From contig JAHQJS010000005.1 of NCBI GenBank assembly GCA_019057385.1, forward strand, positions 64,001 through 128,000: a stretch of 64,000 nucleotides of DNA, in the 5' to 3' direction. Under the pieces are notes generated by a model. The model saw nothing but the letters and a program-made list of their open reading frames with translations, ran no database searches and was not told the DNA's origin. Position 1 is the first letter of the stretch; each line of letters starts with the position of its first letter. The stretch is from Candidatus Borrarchaeum weybense. GTDB taxonomy: Archaea; Asgardarchaeota; Sifarchaeia; Borrarchaeales; Borrarchaeaceae. The position numbers and the translations under genes were made by a program. This document shows, piece after piece, positions 30,686 to 41,035 of the stretch.

Positions 30686-31912
30686 TTATAACATAGACTC
30701 TCTACTAGCAGCTATAACCTTGTCTAACTCTGATTGTAACTCTGACGGAAGTCCTTCGATTTTTACGTCCAAAAAACCGCTGACAATTGAAGTTGTGGCC
30801 TCTTCTTCGGTAAGACCTCGCGCTTGTAAGTACATAATCGATTCTTTTGCAATTTTTCCAACTGCAGCTTCATGAGATAACTCTACATCTGGGTTGACTC
30901 CCTCTAGCTCAGGTACCGCGCGAATGAATCCCCCTTCTTTTAATATGAGCCCTTCACATTCCAAATGACCTTTAACTCCAGGTGCATTACCTATTATGTG
31001 CCCACGAGCCCATATGTTTCCACCGGTAGTAATAGCGCGTGATATTATTTCAGCTCGGGATCCTTGGCCTAACAGATAGACACGAGCACCTGTATCGAGT
31101 TCGGAATGTGGTGGAGCCAGTAATATACTATGAAAACGCGCTGTTGCATTACGACCACATAGTTTAGTTGTAGGATATGCCTGAAGTGATCGAACAGGTT
31201 GCATAGACACATAATTGTTAAGAAAAATGCCACCATCTTCAACATTAATCCCAGTTCTAGGTCGGACTGCGATTTCAGGTGCCCAATTATGAATCATAGT
31301 AAAACTCAGTTTTGCATTTCGTTTTACATAGAATTCACTTACACCGATATGCGCTCCTCGTTGAACACGATGACTGACCGAGCAACCTGTAATTATGTCT
31401 AACTGTGCTCCCTCTTCAACGATGATAATGTTATGAACATTCTGAGCAATGTTATCCTGTGACATATACAGGCATGATTGAAGTGGTTGAATCGTTTTTA
31501 CTCCAGGCAACACACGTATGAAATAGCCTAGATGTTTTCCTTCTAATTCTGTATATGCAGTATATTTATCAGTATCTACGGCTACCGCCTTCCACCAGTA
31601 ATCTTTTAACCAAGAATGTTTTTTTAATGCGTTACCCGTGTTTAGAATCTCGATTCCATCCTGGGAAACCGAACTATGAACGACTGAGTTATCCATCATA
31701 ACAAAAGTGCCTGCACGATTATGTGCATCAGGTTCGACACCTGACATGCGCAAAGTCTTTTGTTCTTCCTTAGAAAACACAGTGAGATCGTCATAATAGG
31801 AATGCGGTGAGGGGTTCATAGAATATTTATCTAAATCAAGATCTTTACCTAATGAAGCTTTTTTACTCTTTGAAGAAATAGCTTTCTTCTTTATTTCATC
31901 AAAATCTGTCAT
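30686..31912 (-). CDS. sufB: SufB/SufD-family Fe-S scaffold (SmsB type)
   Basis: QNVHNIIIVEEGA, GHLECEGL, VPELE, LSHEAAVGKI. Confidence 0.9.
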   Translation of the reverse strand: MTDFDEIKKKAISSKSKKASLGKDLDLDKYSMNPSPHSYYDDLTVFSKEEQKTLRMSGVEPDAHNRAGTFVMMDNSVVHSSVSQDGIEILNTGNALKKHSWLKDYWWKAVAVDTDKYTAYTELEGKHLGYFIRVLPGVKTIQPLQSCLYMSQDNIAQNVHNIIIVEEGAQLDIITGCSVSHRVQRGAHIGVSEFYVKRNAKLSFTMIHNWAPEIAVRPRTGINVEDGGIFLNNYVSMQPVRSLQAYPTTKLCGRNATARFHSILLAPPHSELDTGARVYLLGQGSRAEIISRAITTGGNIWARGHIIGNAPGVKGHLECEGLILKEGGFIRAVPELEGVNPDVELSHEAAVGKIAKESIMYLQARGLTEEEATTSIVSGFLDVKIEGLPSELQSELDKVIAASRESML

Positions 31913-31924
31913 GCGTTATCACTT

Positions 31925-32677
31925 TTAAGAACTTTTCATTAAGCAAGCAACGCACTCTTCGTAACCCATCTTCCTAACATTCGCAAGAATGACTGATGGA
32001 GTACCACTGCATCCTAAATTCCCATTACACATAACATGTCCAATATCCGCTTTAACATAATCTAAAATATACCCCGTATGTGTGATGATTAAGCCAGCTT
32101 TTGGAGATGGTTGGGTTCTTCTGTTTTCACAATTTAAATCTGCGCAGAATAAATCATTTATAATACTGCCAATAAGTGCAATATTTTCAAGATCGACTCC
32201 AGAAGTAGGCTCATCTAGAAGCAAAAGATTTGGATTTTGTGCTAATAACTGTAAAAGTTCAGCACGTTTAATTTCTCCTCCTGAAAATCCTTGATTTATA
32301 TCTCGCTCTAAAAAAGTTTCTAGATTTAGTTTTTCTGCACACCCTTTCACATTAAAAGGTTTATTCTTTGCACATAATTCCACAAGTTGTTTCATTTTCA
32401 GTCCTTTAATAGTTGGAGGGCGCTGAAACATATATCCAATCCCTCGTTTTGCTCTTTCGTCTATAGTTAGATGAGTGATATTTTCCCCTCGAAATACAAT
32501 CCGGCCAGTAGTCACATTATAATCGGGAAAGCCCATTATTGTCATAAGTAATGAGGTCTTTCCAGAGCCATTTGGACCAAATAGTGCATGAATTTCGCCC
32601 TCTTTTATCTCCAAGTTGATTGAGTGTAAGACTTCTTTGTCATCTATTGAAACAGTTAAGTTCTCAATTTGAAGCAT
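31925..32677 (-). CDS. sufC: SufC ABC ATPase
   Basis: GPNGSGKT, GFSGGE, LLDEP, ITH; adjacent to sufB. Confidence 0.9.
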   Translation of the reverse strand: MLQIENLTVSIDDKEVLHSINLEIKEGEIHALFGPNGSGKTSLLMTIMGFPDYNVTTGRIVFRGENITHLTIDERAKRGIGYMFQRPPTIKGLKMKQLVELCAKNKPFNVKGCAEKLNLETFLERDINQGFSGGEIKRAELLQLLAQNPNLLLLDEPTSGVDLENIALIGSIINDLFCADLNCENRRTQPSPKAGLIITHTGYILDYVKADIGHVMCNGNLGCSGTPSVILANVRKMGYEECVACLMKSS

Positions 32678-32905
32678 ATCTCAAAGTCACCTTTGAAAAC
32701 TTATGGACTTTGAAAATGACAATCAATGGATAGATATTTGAATGTTTTCACATGCTAGGTAATCGGTAGTTTGTGGCGTTGAAAAAATAGAGACTTTCAC
32801 TAAGAAGAAAATTTATATTCTTAGATTTTAATAATTAGAAAGCTTCAAGATATAATCGCAAATCAATTGAACAAAAGAATTTAACTTGTAAAAGGTTGTG
32901 AACTA

Positions 32906-33208
32906 ATGAGATCTTCAAAGGGCTATAGAGCAAGGACGAGAAAGTGCCTAAAGAAACACCCGAGAAATCGAGGAATGCCTCCTTTATCAAAGATGACAAC
33001 AAACTATGAAATCGGAGACTATGTAGACGTAGATCCAGAACCAGCCATACATAAAGGTTTACCTCATCGAAGGTTTATTGGGAAGACAGGAGTTGTAATT
33101 GGTAAAAGAGGACGCGCATACTTGATCCGGATTAAAGACAAAAAGAGGGAGAAGACGCTTATCACTCTTCCAGAGCATATATCTCCTAGTAAATCAATTA
33201 TGAGATAA
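32906..33208 (+). CDS. rpl21e: 50S ribosomal protein L21e
   Basis: SKGYRARTR, HKGLPHRRFIGKTG. Confidence 0.95.
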   Translation: MRSSKGYRARTRKCLKKHPRNRGMPPLSKMTTNYEIGDYVDVDPEPAIHKGLPHRRFIGKTGVVIGKRGRAYLIRIKDKKREKTLITLPEHISPSKSIMR

Positions 33209-33227
33209 TAATCGAGAGGTAAATTAG

Positions 33228-33563
33228 ATGCCGAAAAAAATTATGGAAGAAAAACTTCTTACACTTCCAGAAGTTAAAGAAATTCTCACAAAACGTGGAG
33301 AGGATGACGAACTTGGCTATATACAAAGAGTTACTCTCGATTATACTATGAAATTTGCTGCGGCTGATAAAGACAATGCACGTAAGCTTGTGAGTGATTT
33401 AGTATCCAAATTTGATTTTGTAGATGAAAATATGGCCGTTCAGATAGTCAATGCTATGCCTACATCAATTCCTGAATTAAAAGTGTTTGTAACTGAAAAA
33501 CACAAAGTTGTTTTATCGAGTGATATGGAAAAAATGCTTGGAATTATTGATAAATACAGATAA
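33228..33563 (+). CDS. rpo4: RNA polymerase subunit F (Rpo4)
   Basis: Sequence pattern and conserved position after rpl21e. Confidence 0.9.
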   Translation: MPKKIMEEKLLTLPEVKEILTKRGEDDELGYIQRVTLDYTMKFAAADKDNARKLVSDLVSKFDFVDENMAVQIVNAMPTSIPELKVFVTEKHKVVLSSDMEKMLGIIDKYR

Positions 33564-33632
33564 ATGGAACATTTATGTTTTCTAATTAGCTTTTTTCTAT
33601 TTTGAACTTTTAATTTTTCCAGGGGTAAGTAT

Positions 33633-34235
33633 ATGCGAGATCAAATCACAAGTCGCAATAAAAAGGAATATGAAGAATATGTGGTGGTACTCGATTTTTT
33701 GCCTCTTGGTCGACTGGGTAAGAAACCTGCATATTTACAAGAACCCCTGGTTCAAGTGGTTGGTGAGAAGCGTTTCACTTTATTAGAACTCACAACCACA
33801 AAAGATGCCCTTATCAACTTACATGATCGTTTAAACATCAATCCACGTGTAAAACGGAAAGGCGACAAAATTTTACATGTCAAGCGGCGTATAAATGACG
33901 AAGAATTAACCACAACTGCAAAAAGAGAACTACCGTTTGCAATTGAAAAAATTGTGACAATGCAAGAAACTCGTTTCGTTAAGTTTTTCAACAATGCACG
34001 CCCTATAACTACTCGAAGGCACCAACTCGAACTTTTACCTGGCGTAGGGAAAAAACTTGTTATTGATACCTTAAATGAGCGAAAAAAAGGGCCGTTTAAA
34101 TCATTTACAGATATTGAGGAACGGACACGCATCCATCCAAAAAAAGTAATCGAGAAACGCATCTTGTTAGAACTTGAGAGAAATGAAAAACACTATCTTT
34201 TCGCACGACCTCCCATCAGGGAGGATAATAGATGA
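33633..34235 (+). CDS. DUF655 putative RNA-binding protein
   Basis: VLDFLP.G, FTLLEL, HQLELLPGVGKK; conserved synteny. Confidence 0.9.
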   Translation: MRDQITSRNKKEYEEYVVVLDFLPLGRLGKKPAYLQEPLVQVVGEKRFTLLELTTTKDALINLHDRLNINPRVKRKGDKILHVKRRINDEELTTTAKRELPFAIEKIVTMQETRFVKFFNNARPITTRRHQLELLPGVGKKLVIDTLNERKKGPFKSFTDIEERTRIHPKKVIEKRILLELERNEKHYLFARPPIREDNR

Positions 34236-35077
34236 CAAATCTCTTGACTGAGACTCAGAAAACTTTGAATAAATATAATATCAAGCTAAGAAAACGAATG
34301 GGCCAAAATTTTCTTGTAAATTCAAATGTGCTTGATAAACAAATTGCTTACGCCAGTTTAAAAAGATCGGACACCGTCTTAGAGATCGGTGCAGGCATTG
34401 GGACATTAACAAGACGCTTAGCAGACTATGCAAAAGAAATAATAGCCGTTGAAAAAGATTCACGCCTTTTAGAAATTTTAACGGAACAATGTGCGAAATA
34501 TGATAACATTACGATTATTCACGCTGACATCCTACAGATAGATATACCTCCCTTCACAAAAGTTGTTTCAAATATCCCTTACTCAATTTCTTCACCTTTG
34601 ACATTCAAATTACTTACTTATGATTTTGAATATGGGATAATAACCTACCAAATTGACTTTGCTGAAAGACTAGTCGCAAAACCTGGTTCTCGTGAATACA
34701 GTCGGCTTTCCGTAACAGCCTATTATCGAGCACATACCAAAATCCTTGAAAACATTTCGCGAACTGCGTTTTATCCGTCACCTAAAGTAGATTCTGCACT
34801 TGTAAAAATCACACCACATCCCCCCCATTTTCGTGTAGACAATGAAAATCTTTTTTATGACGTTGTTCGTGCCCTTTTCGGTCGAAAAAACAGAAAAATA
34901 AAAACAATGCTTGCGATATATTTGGATAAACAAGAGACATCTACATCAAGAAAGCAAATTCTTCAAGAATTGACCCAAGAACTTCCATTTCTTGAAAAGA
35001 GGGTCAGGCAGATGTCACCAGAAGAAATCGGTCTTTTAACCAACCACCTCCAGGGAACGATAAAAACAGCAGCGTAA
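34232..35077 (+). CDS. ksgA: 16S rRNA dimethyladenosine transferase KsgA/Dim1
   Basis: GQNFL, LEIGAGIG, VSNIPYSISS, FYPSPKVDS. Confidence 0.95.
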   Translation: MTNLLTETQKTLNKYNIKLRKRMGQNFLVNSNVLDKQIAYASLKRSDTVLEIGAGIGTLTRRLADYAKEIIAVEKDSRLLEILTEQCAKYDNITIIHADILQIDIPPFTKVVSNIPYSISSPLTFKLLTYDFEYGIITYQIDFAERLVAKPGSREYSRLSVTAYYRAHTKILENISRTAFYPSPKVDSALVKITPHPPHFRVDNENLFYDVVRALFGRKNRKIKTMLAIYLDKQETSTSRKQILQELTQELPFLEKRVRQMSPEEIGLLTNHLQGTIKTAA

Positions 35078-35093
35078 AGGAGGAACATCCAAG

Positions 35094-35705
35094 ATAAAGA
35101 CATTTAAATTCAATAACCTTGTCTTTCAAATTTTTAATGAAGTATATGAGCCTGCAGATGATTCATTGTTATTGGCAGACTATTTAAAGCACGAAATTCG
35201 CTCAAAAGATATAATCCTTGACTTAGGAACTGGCTGTGGAATCCAAGCTATCACAGCAACTACTTTAAAGGACGATGTGCGGGTTATTGCGACAGATATT
35301 AACCCTATTGCAGTAAAAAACGCAGTGAAAAACGCAAAACTAAACAACGTAAATGAAAGAATAGAATTTATTCATGGTGATTTATTTCAGCCATTTCTTA
35401 AAAAAGAGTATTTCAATCTAATAATTTTTAATCCACCTTACCTTCCTCTCCCACTACCCGATCAAAAAAAACAAGATTGGATTTCACTTGCTTGGGCTCA
35501 AGGAATAGGTTCTGATATAATTCAGAGATTTCTTCTAGAATCGAATTCATATCTTAAGGAAAATGGGCGCATCCTACTGATTATTTCTACATTATCAAAT
35601 ATTGATTTTAAAAGATGGGAGGGTACATATTCCTTTGAAAGACTATCAGAGCGTGCCTTTTTCTTTGAAAAGTTAATTCTATTAAAGATAACGAAAGTTC
35701 GTTAA
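35094..35705 (+). CDS. hemK: HemK2/PrmC-like methyltransferase
   Basis: VYEPADDSLLL upstream of the track start, LDLGTGCG, FNPPY; probable ATA start at 35094. Confidence 0.9.
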   Translation: MKTFKFNNLVFQIFNEVYEPADDSLLLADYLKHEIRSKDIILDLGTGCGIQAITATTLKDDVRVIATDINPIAVKNAVKNAKLNNVNERIEFIHGDLFQPFLKKEYFNLIIFNPPYLPLPLPDQKKQDWISLAWAQGIGSDIIQRFLLESNSYLKENGRILLIISTLSNIDFKRWEGTYSFERLSERAFFFEKLILLKITKVR

Positions 35706-35828
35706 TAACATCAATTAAAATGTGGTCTTTAAATTATTTTGTGTAGATAGGTAAAATGGACGTGCATCGCAAAAGAGAGTCATGTCTGAAATCTTTTATA
35801 TCTGAAAGACAAGTAAATACAACATTAG

Positions 35829-36107
35829 GTGGAGCAGATGGCAAAACTCTATAAAGTGGTAGATGAAGATTTGGAAATCGCACCTTATCAAAATACAACT
35901 TTAATGAACGCTTCTAATGAGGTTTTCGTGCTAGACGATAGTGAAAACAAGAAAATTTGGATTTGGATTGGTAGGAAAGCCAGTACTCGCCAAAGATTCA
36001 ATGCTGCACGGTTATCTGAGAAATTAGATAAAGAGGCTGGAGGCTTACCTGTCATTAAGACGATAGATGAAGCGGAAGAACCTCAGGAATTCCTTGATAT
36101 GTTCTAA
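35829..36107 (+). CDS. single-domain gelsolin/villin-repeat protein
   Basis: EVFVLD...IWIWIGRKAS...A.....I..IDEAEEPQEF gelsolin-repeat signature. Confidence 0.8.
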   Translation: MEQMAKLYKVVDEDLEIAPYQNTTLMNASNEVFVLDDSENKKIWIWIGRKASTRQRFNAARLSEKLDKEAGGLPVIKTIDEAEEPQEFLDMF

Positions 36108-36563
36108 AAGTTATCTACTTCAAAATTAAACCAAGAAAACAGTTCTTAATCCCATAATGTTTCTTTTAATAAAGGGTAATTAAGAAACTAAGTTTATACT
36201 TTTTCTAATTTTTGCTAATTTAGTTAAGAGGAATCTATTCTTCTTTTTTAGTATTAAATGATCAGTGAGATATAGAACTCTATATGTGAAGAGATTAATT
36301 TTAATTGGAAAAACGGTGATAAAATCGTTATTTTTGAAAATTACAACGATAATATTGACAATGAGTTTTAAGAGATAAGTCTTATACATATCATTAGTTA
36401 GTCATGAGCACGAATTAGTTCTATATCTCCGAGTAATGAAACTGATTTGAGCATTAAAGGAGAGAAGGATTTATATAGACGTAATGACGTTAAATGTTTA
36501 GTACAGAGATTATATAATATCTTGATTTTACAGAATTGGGGGTACCTATAGGAGGTCAAATAT

Positions 36564-36809
36564 TTGGCAAAAAAGAAAAAAGCTGCACCGAAAAGAGCAG
36601 CTAGCAAGACACGATTAGCCCTTGCCCCAGTAAGAGAACTTATGAAAGATGCTGGAGCGGACCTTGTAGCTAAAGATGCTATTATGGCAGTTGTGGAGCA
36701 TTTGGAGACCACAATTAAAAAGGTCAGCAAAAATGCCCTTGAGCTTGTAAAACTTTCTAAACGGAAGAAGGTCACTGGCGCTGATGTTGCCAAGGCTTTC
36801 ACGATGTAA
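36564..36809 (+). CDS. archaeal histone with basic N-terminal tail
   Basis: Histone fold LALAPVRELMK..GA..VAKDA...KRKKVTGADV; GGAGGT RBS, upstream TATA. Confidence 0.9.
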   Translation: MAKKKKAAPKRAASKTRLALAPVRELMKDAGADLVAKDAIMAVVEHLETTIKKVSKNALELVKLSKRKKVTGADVAKAFTM

Positions 36810-36921
36810 TAACTTTGTTACTTCAATCCAGACCTTATTCCTTTTTTTTTATTATTTTTAAAAAATTTACTTTAAAGTTATGTCCTTGTTTTATATTGAT
36901 TTTCTCCTAAGAGGATAAAAC

Positions 36922-37737
36922 ATGAAAAAATTAAGTATAAATCGCTGGTGGCTTTTTGAAGGTAAAGAAATATCTGATACAATTGAAGAAATTTCCACTT
37001 TTGGATTTAATGGAATAGAATTGGATTTAGCAGACCCCACTAACTACAACATAAATGAACTCAAAAAGATATTAAACAAATACAAAATGAAGCCTTCTGG
37101 CATCGCAGCGGTAAATACTCTGTACTCTGAATATGATCTCTGTAGTTTAGAGGAAGATATCAGAAAAAGAGCGATAAATGACGTAAAAAGTTGTTTATCT
37201 TTTGCTAAGAAAGTAGGTGCACCAGTTGTCGTTATTCTTCCTGGGCTTAAACAGGAAGGAAAAGATGACGAATTGCTATTCAATAATTTCATAGGAAACC
37301 TAAAGGAACTTGGAGAGGTGTGTGAGGAACTAAATCTTAGAATTTGCATAGAGAACGCACATGGACGTATTTGTGAGAATTCAGATGATCTATTGAAAGT
37401 ATTTGAGACCATTGGAAGCCTATCACGATATATAGGCGCTGTATTTGATACAGGACATTTTTTACTCAGCAAAGAGAATTTAAACGATGTTGCAACAAAA
37501 TTAAGGCGCTACATATACCATCTTCATATAGATAACAATGGAGGCAAATTAGACGATCATGCACTGCCCACAGTGGGACTTTTAACGGAACATGATTTCG
37601 TCAAGTTTTTTGAGACACTAAAAGCAAATAACTATCAAGGTTGGTACAGTTTCGAAATACGACCTAAAAATGAAACGGTTTCTTTTATTCTTAAGTCTTG
37701 TAAAAAGTTTTTTGATAACGTTGTGGCGCAAGATTAA
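36922..37737 (+). CDS. sugar phosphate isomerase/epimerase (AP endonuclease 2 TIM barrel)
   Basis: GFNGIEL, CIEN, FDTGH, HLHIDNN, SFE. Confidence 0.85.
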   Translation: MKKLSINRWWLFEGKEISDTIEEISTFGFNGIELDLADPTNYNINELKKILNKYKMKPSGIAAVNTLYSEYDLCSLEEDIRKRAINDVKSCLSFAKKVGAPVVVILPGLKQEGKDDELLFNNFIGNLKELGEVCEELNLRICIENAHGRICENSDDLLKVFETIGSLSRYIGAVFDTGHFLLSKENLNDVATKLRRYIYHLHIDNNGGKLDDHALPTVGLLTEHDFVKFFETLKANNYQGWYSFEIRPKNETVSFILKSCKKFFDNVVAQD

Positions 37738-37856
37738 ACATTTTTTGAAAATATGTGACATGCCACGAACAGAATTAAATTATATCCCTAAATCCCATTT
37801 TTACTAGGATTGAAGACCACAAGCGTGAATCTTTTCCAGCTGAATAAGGTGATAAA

Positions 37857-38684
37857 GTGTCACTTCACAAAGAAAATATCTCCTTTTTTAATAAGAAAAG
37901 CATTCGAGAGGATAGGATCAATGAAGCTATACGGATAATTGATGTTGCTAGAAAAAAGGATGCTATCTTAAGGCTTATAGGCGGTCTGGCAGTACGAAAT
38001 CATTGTGAAATAATTGATTTTTGTGAGAGAGACTACGGAGATATAGACCTCGTAGGCTTAAAGAAGCATTTTAAGAAAATTAACGAGACTTTTAAGGAAC
38101 TTGGATACACAGAAAACAGAAACGTGGCTATTGCAACTTCAGGCCAACAGATGCAGTTCTATAAAAAAGATTTAGAAGACCACGTGGATGTCTTCTTAGA
38201 TACTTTTCGTATGGAGCATGATGTCGTTTTAAAAGACAGGCTTACTCTTGAAGATTACACCATATCTATAAGCGATATCCTGATCACCAAACTGCAAATA
38301 TACACGATGAACGAGAAAGATCTTCGGGACATTCTCACTATTGTTAAAGATGTATCTCTAGATGAAGAAGACAAATCTGGTGTCATCAATGTGAAATACA
38401 TTGCTCAACTGTGTGCGAAGGACTGGGGACTTTATACTGATATTATTTCTAATATTAACAAATGTCTTAATCTAATGCATCATTACAACCTTTCGCCTGA
38501 GGAAGTTAAGCAAATCCAAATTAAACTAAAAACTATCAAAGAGATGATAGAAAATGAACCGAAGACACGTAGATGGAAATTGAGGGCAAAAATTGGAAAG
38601 AAAAAGTCATGGTATAGGGTAGTAGAAGAAGAAGGAGCAATACCAATTTCCTTAGAAGAGGAACTTGAAAAAAGAAAGAATTAA
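37857..38684 (+). CDS. nucleotidyltransferase-fold protein
   Basis: LIGGLAV, RDYGDIDLV, VDVF, LITKLQI, EKDLRD. Confidence 0.75.
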   Translation: MSLHKENISFFNKKSIREDRINEAIRIIDVARKKDAILRLIGGLAVRNHCEIIDFCERDYGDIDLVGLKKHFKKINETFKELGYTENRNVAIATSGQQMQFYKKDLEDHVDVFLDTFRMEHDVVLKDRLTLEDYTISISDILITKLQIYTMNEKDLRDILTIVKDVSLDEEDKSGVINVKYIAQLCAKDWGLYTDIISNINKCLNLMHHYNLSPEEVKQIQIKLKTIKEMIENEPKTRRWKLRAKIGKKKSWYRVVEEEGAIPISLEEELEKRKN

Positions 38685-38751
38685 ATAATAGCAACGTTTT
38701 GCAGATAAAAAAGAAAGGAGAATAACTTCTCCAACAAGAGGAACTCGGGTT

Positions 38752-39375
38752 TTAGGCTAAGTCTTTGTTTAGAGTATAGGTTCCTGTGATTTTTACTTCA
38801 GCTAGAATATGCCCTTTTATAGCTTCTAAAACCTCAGGTCTGCCGAATTTTTCTGGGACATGAATATGGTCGATATCTAAAGCGTAGAGTGTGAAATGAT
38901 AGTGGTGGATGATGGAATCATTCCAAGGAGGGCAGGGACCATCGTAACCATAATAATCGCCTTCCATGTTTTCGTCGCCCTTGAACCAATCCGTATAATT
39001 ATTGAGACCTTGTCTTGTTCCCTGTGAAACTCTTCCACTTGGCTTACCGCGAGCCGTAATGCCACTAGAAAATTCTCCCTCCTTGATGCCTGCTGAATCA
39101 GCCGGAATCTCGATAAGAACCCAATGCGCAAAATCAACACGAGGTAGATCTTTTGGCACCGTCATGCCTTCTTTATTGACTTGATCTGGTTTTGAAGGTA
39201 CATCTGAGTCGTGACAGATGAATACAAAGGACTGTGTTCTTGCGGGAACATCCGACCACGAAAAGTCTGGGTTAATGTTTTCTCCCATCTGCACGCCTTC
39301 AGGAGTGAGCACACAGAAGCCATATTTTCCTGGAATTCGCTCGCCATCTTTAAATGCAGTTGTTGTCAATTTCAT
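38752..39375 (-). CDS. YbhB/YbcL (PEBP) family protein
   Basis: DSDVP, FAHWVL, YDGPCPPWND..HHYHFTLYALD. Confidence 0.9.
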   Translation of the reverse strand: MKLTTTAFKDGERIPGKYGFCVLTPEGVQMGENINPDFSWSDVPARTQSFVFICHDSDVPSKPDQVNKEGMTVPKDLPRVDFAHWVLIEIPADSAGIKEGEFSSGITARGKPSGRVSQGTRQGLNNYTDWFKGDENMEGDYYGYDGPCPPWNDSIIHHYHFTLYALDIDHIHVPEKFGRPEVLEAIKGHILAEVKITGTYTLNKDLA

Positions 39376-39673
39376 GGGAATCTCTCCTGCTAAGCCTATA
39401 TGTATGCAAGAATTATATAATAGTTGTAGATTGTTACAAAAAAGATACAAAAATGTCTACTGCTTTAGCGATGGGAAAATGTCAAAAATTTTCAAATAAT
39501 GAGTACCTAGAATTTTCCAAAAATTTAATTGATGCACCAGCGATAATATGTTGTCAGAACTACACAGTCCTGTTCTATGCTTCGTATCTTTTTCTTTACA
39601 AAGTCTAATTATAAAACTTAATATATTCATGTTTACATATAGTTTGAGTACTATTTTTCTTGGAGGTGGAGTT

Positions 39674-40327
39674 GTGTGTAAAGTAGGTGTAGTTTTGTCT
39701 GGGTGCGGTGTATACGACGGCGCAGAAATCCATGAAGCAGTAATTACCCTTTTAGCACTTGATCGTGCTGGCTGCAAAATCGTTATGATGGCACCAAATA
39801 TTCCTCAAATGCATGTTGTCAATCATTTGACAGGGGAAGAAGCTAAGGGCGAAACAAGAAACGTGTTAGTAGAGTCTGCACGCATTGCACGTGGAAACAT
39901 TAAAGATATGAAAGACGTAAAGAGCGCAGATTTGGATGCACTTGTTTTCCCAGGTGGATTTGGAGCAGCTAAAAATCTATCAAACTTTGCGACCAAAGGA
40001 ACTGGAATGGAAGTTAATCCTGAAGTTGATCGGTTATTTAAGGAAATGTTTGGTAAAAAACCAATCGGGTTAATTTGCATTGCTCCAGCAATTGGCGCGA
40101 AGTCTGGAGAAGGCGTGACACTGACGATTGGCACTGATAAAGATACAGCAGCCGCATTAGAGACGATAGGTGCTAAACATGTAGACAAACCTGTGAACGA
40201 TATTGTCGTGGATGAAAAAAATAAGGTTGTCTCAACACCTGCCTATATGTTAGGACCACGCATATCCGATGTTGCTACCGGCATTGAAAAATTGGTTGAC
40301 CAAGTTCTGAAAATGGCACAAGCGTAA
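39674..40327 (+). CDS. elbB: ElbB/ES1 (DJ-1/PfpI) glyoxalase
   Basis: VLSGCGVYDGAEIHE, ESARIARG, PGGFGAAKNL, STPAYM. Confidence 0.95.
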   Translation: MCKVGVVLSGCGVYDGAEIHEAVITLLALDRAGCKIVMMAPNIPQMHVVNHLTGEEAKGETRNVLVESARIARGNIKDMKDVKSADLDALVFPGGFGAAKNLSNFATKGTGMEVNPEVDRLFKEMFGKKPIGLICIAPAIGAKSGEGVTLTIGTDKDTAAALETIGAKHVDKPVNDIVVDEKNKVVSTPAYMLGPRISDVATGIEKLVDQVLKMAQA

Positions 40328-40479
40328 ATTAAAGGACTGCTTAATTTAACAGCAGTTCTCTCTTTTTTTAAGGTTCATCGGCGTTCCTTTCAGCTTTAGA
40401 GACGTGTGATGAGTGATCGATGAAAAAATAATCCACATTAGATTTGTTTAACGATAAAGCCAAAAAAAAGGAAAGGATA

Positions 40480-40761
40480 TCAGACATACATTTCAGGCAT
40501 GTTTTTGTTATAATAATGAACGGATTCGCGTTTTTCTTTCAGGAAAACTAATTTTTCTGTCAATTCAGCTAATTCTGCAAAATGATCTTGAATGTCATTT
40601 ATGACATCTGCAACACGTTTTATAGACTCAAACAAGGCTTTTTGATTCTCAATAAGTATTTTTTGACCTTTATAGAGTTTTTCAAGTTTTTTATCGGTAT
40701 ATTTATTTGATTCATTCATTTTAAATACACGTTGATTCATGTTTTTTGGTATACTAATCAT
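40480..40761 (-). CDS. hypothetical coiled-coil protein
   Basis: 93-aa ORF. Confidence 0.5.
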   Translation of the reverse strand: MISIPKNMNQRVFKMNESNKYTDKKLEKLYKGQKILIENQKALFESIKRVADVINDIQDHFAELAELTEKLVFLKEKRESVHYYNKNMPEMYV

Positions 40762-41035
40762 GATATGATAATACTTTAAGAACCTTTTGATTAAACAAGC
40801 ATTTGGTTAAAAGGATTTATGTTCTTTTGGGGAAAGGGTGGATTATAGTGAATGCTTTCTTTTCAGTAATTGTCTTTGAAACTATGAGGCAGTGAGAAAA
40901 AATGTAAGGCGATCTCTTAGTAACTAAAATATAATAGCCTCAAAAAGGCATAGATTCTCTCAATTATTTTATTTATTGATTAAAACCACAATAAAAGGAA
41001 AATATTAACGGGTGTGACCTTATGTGAATAATTCG

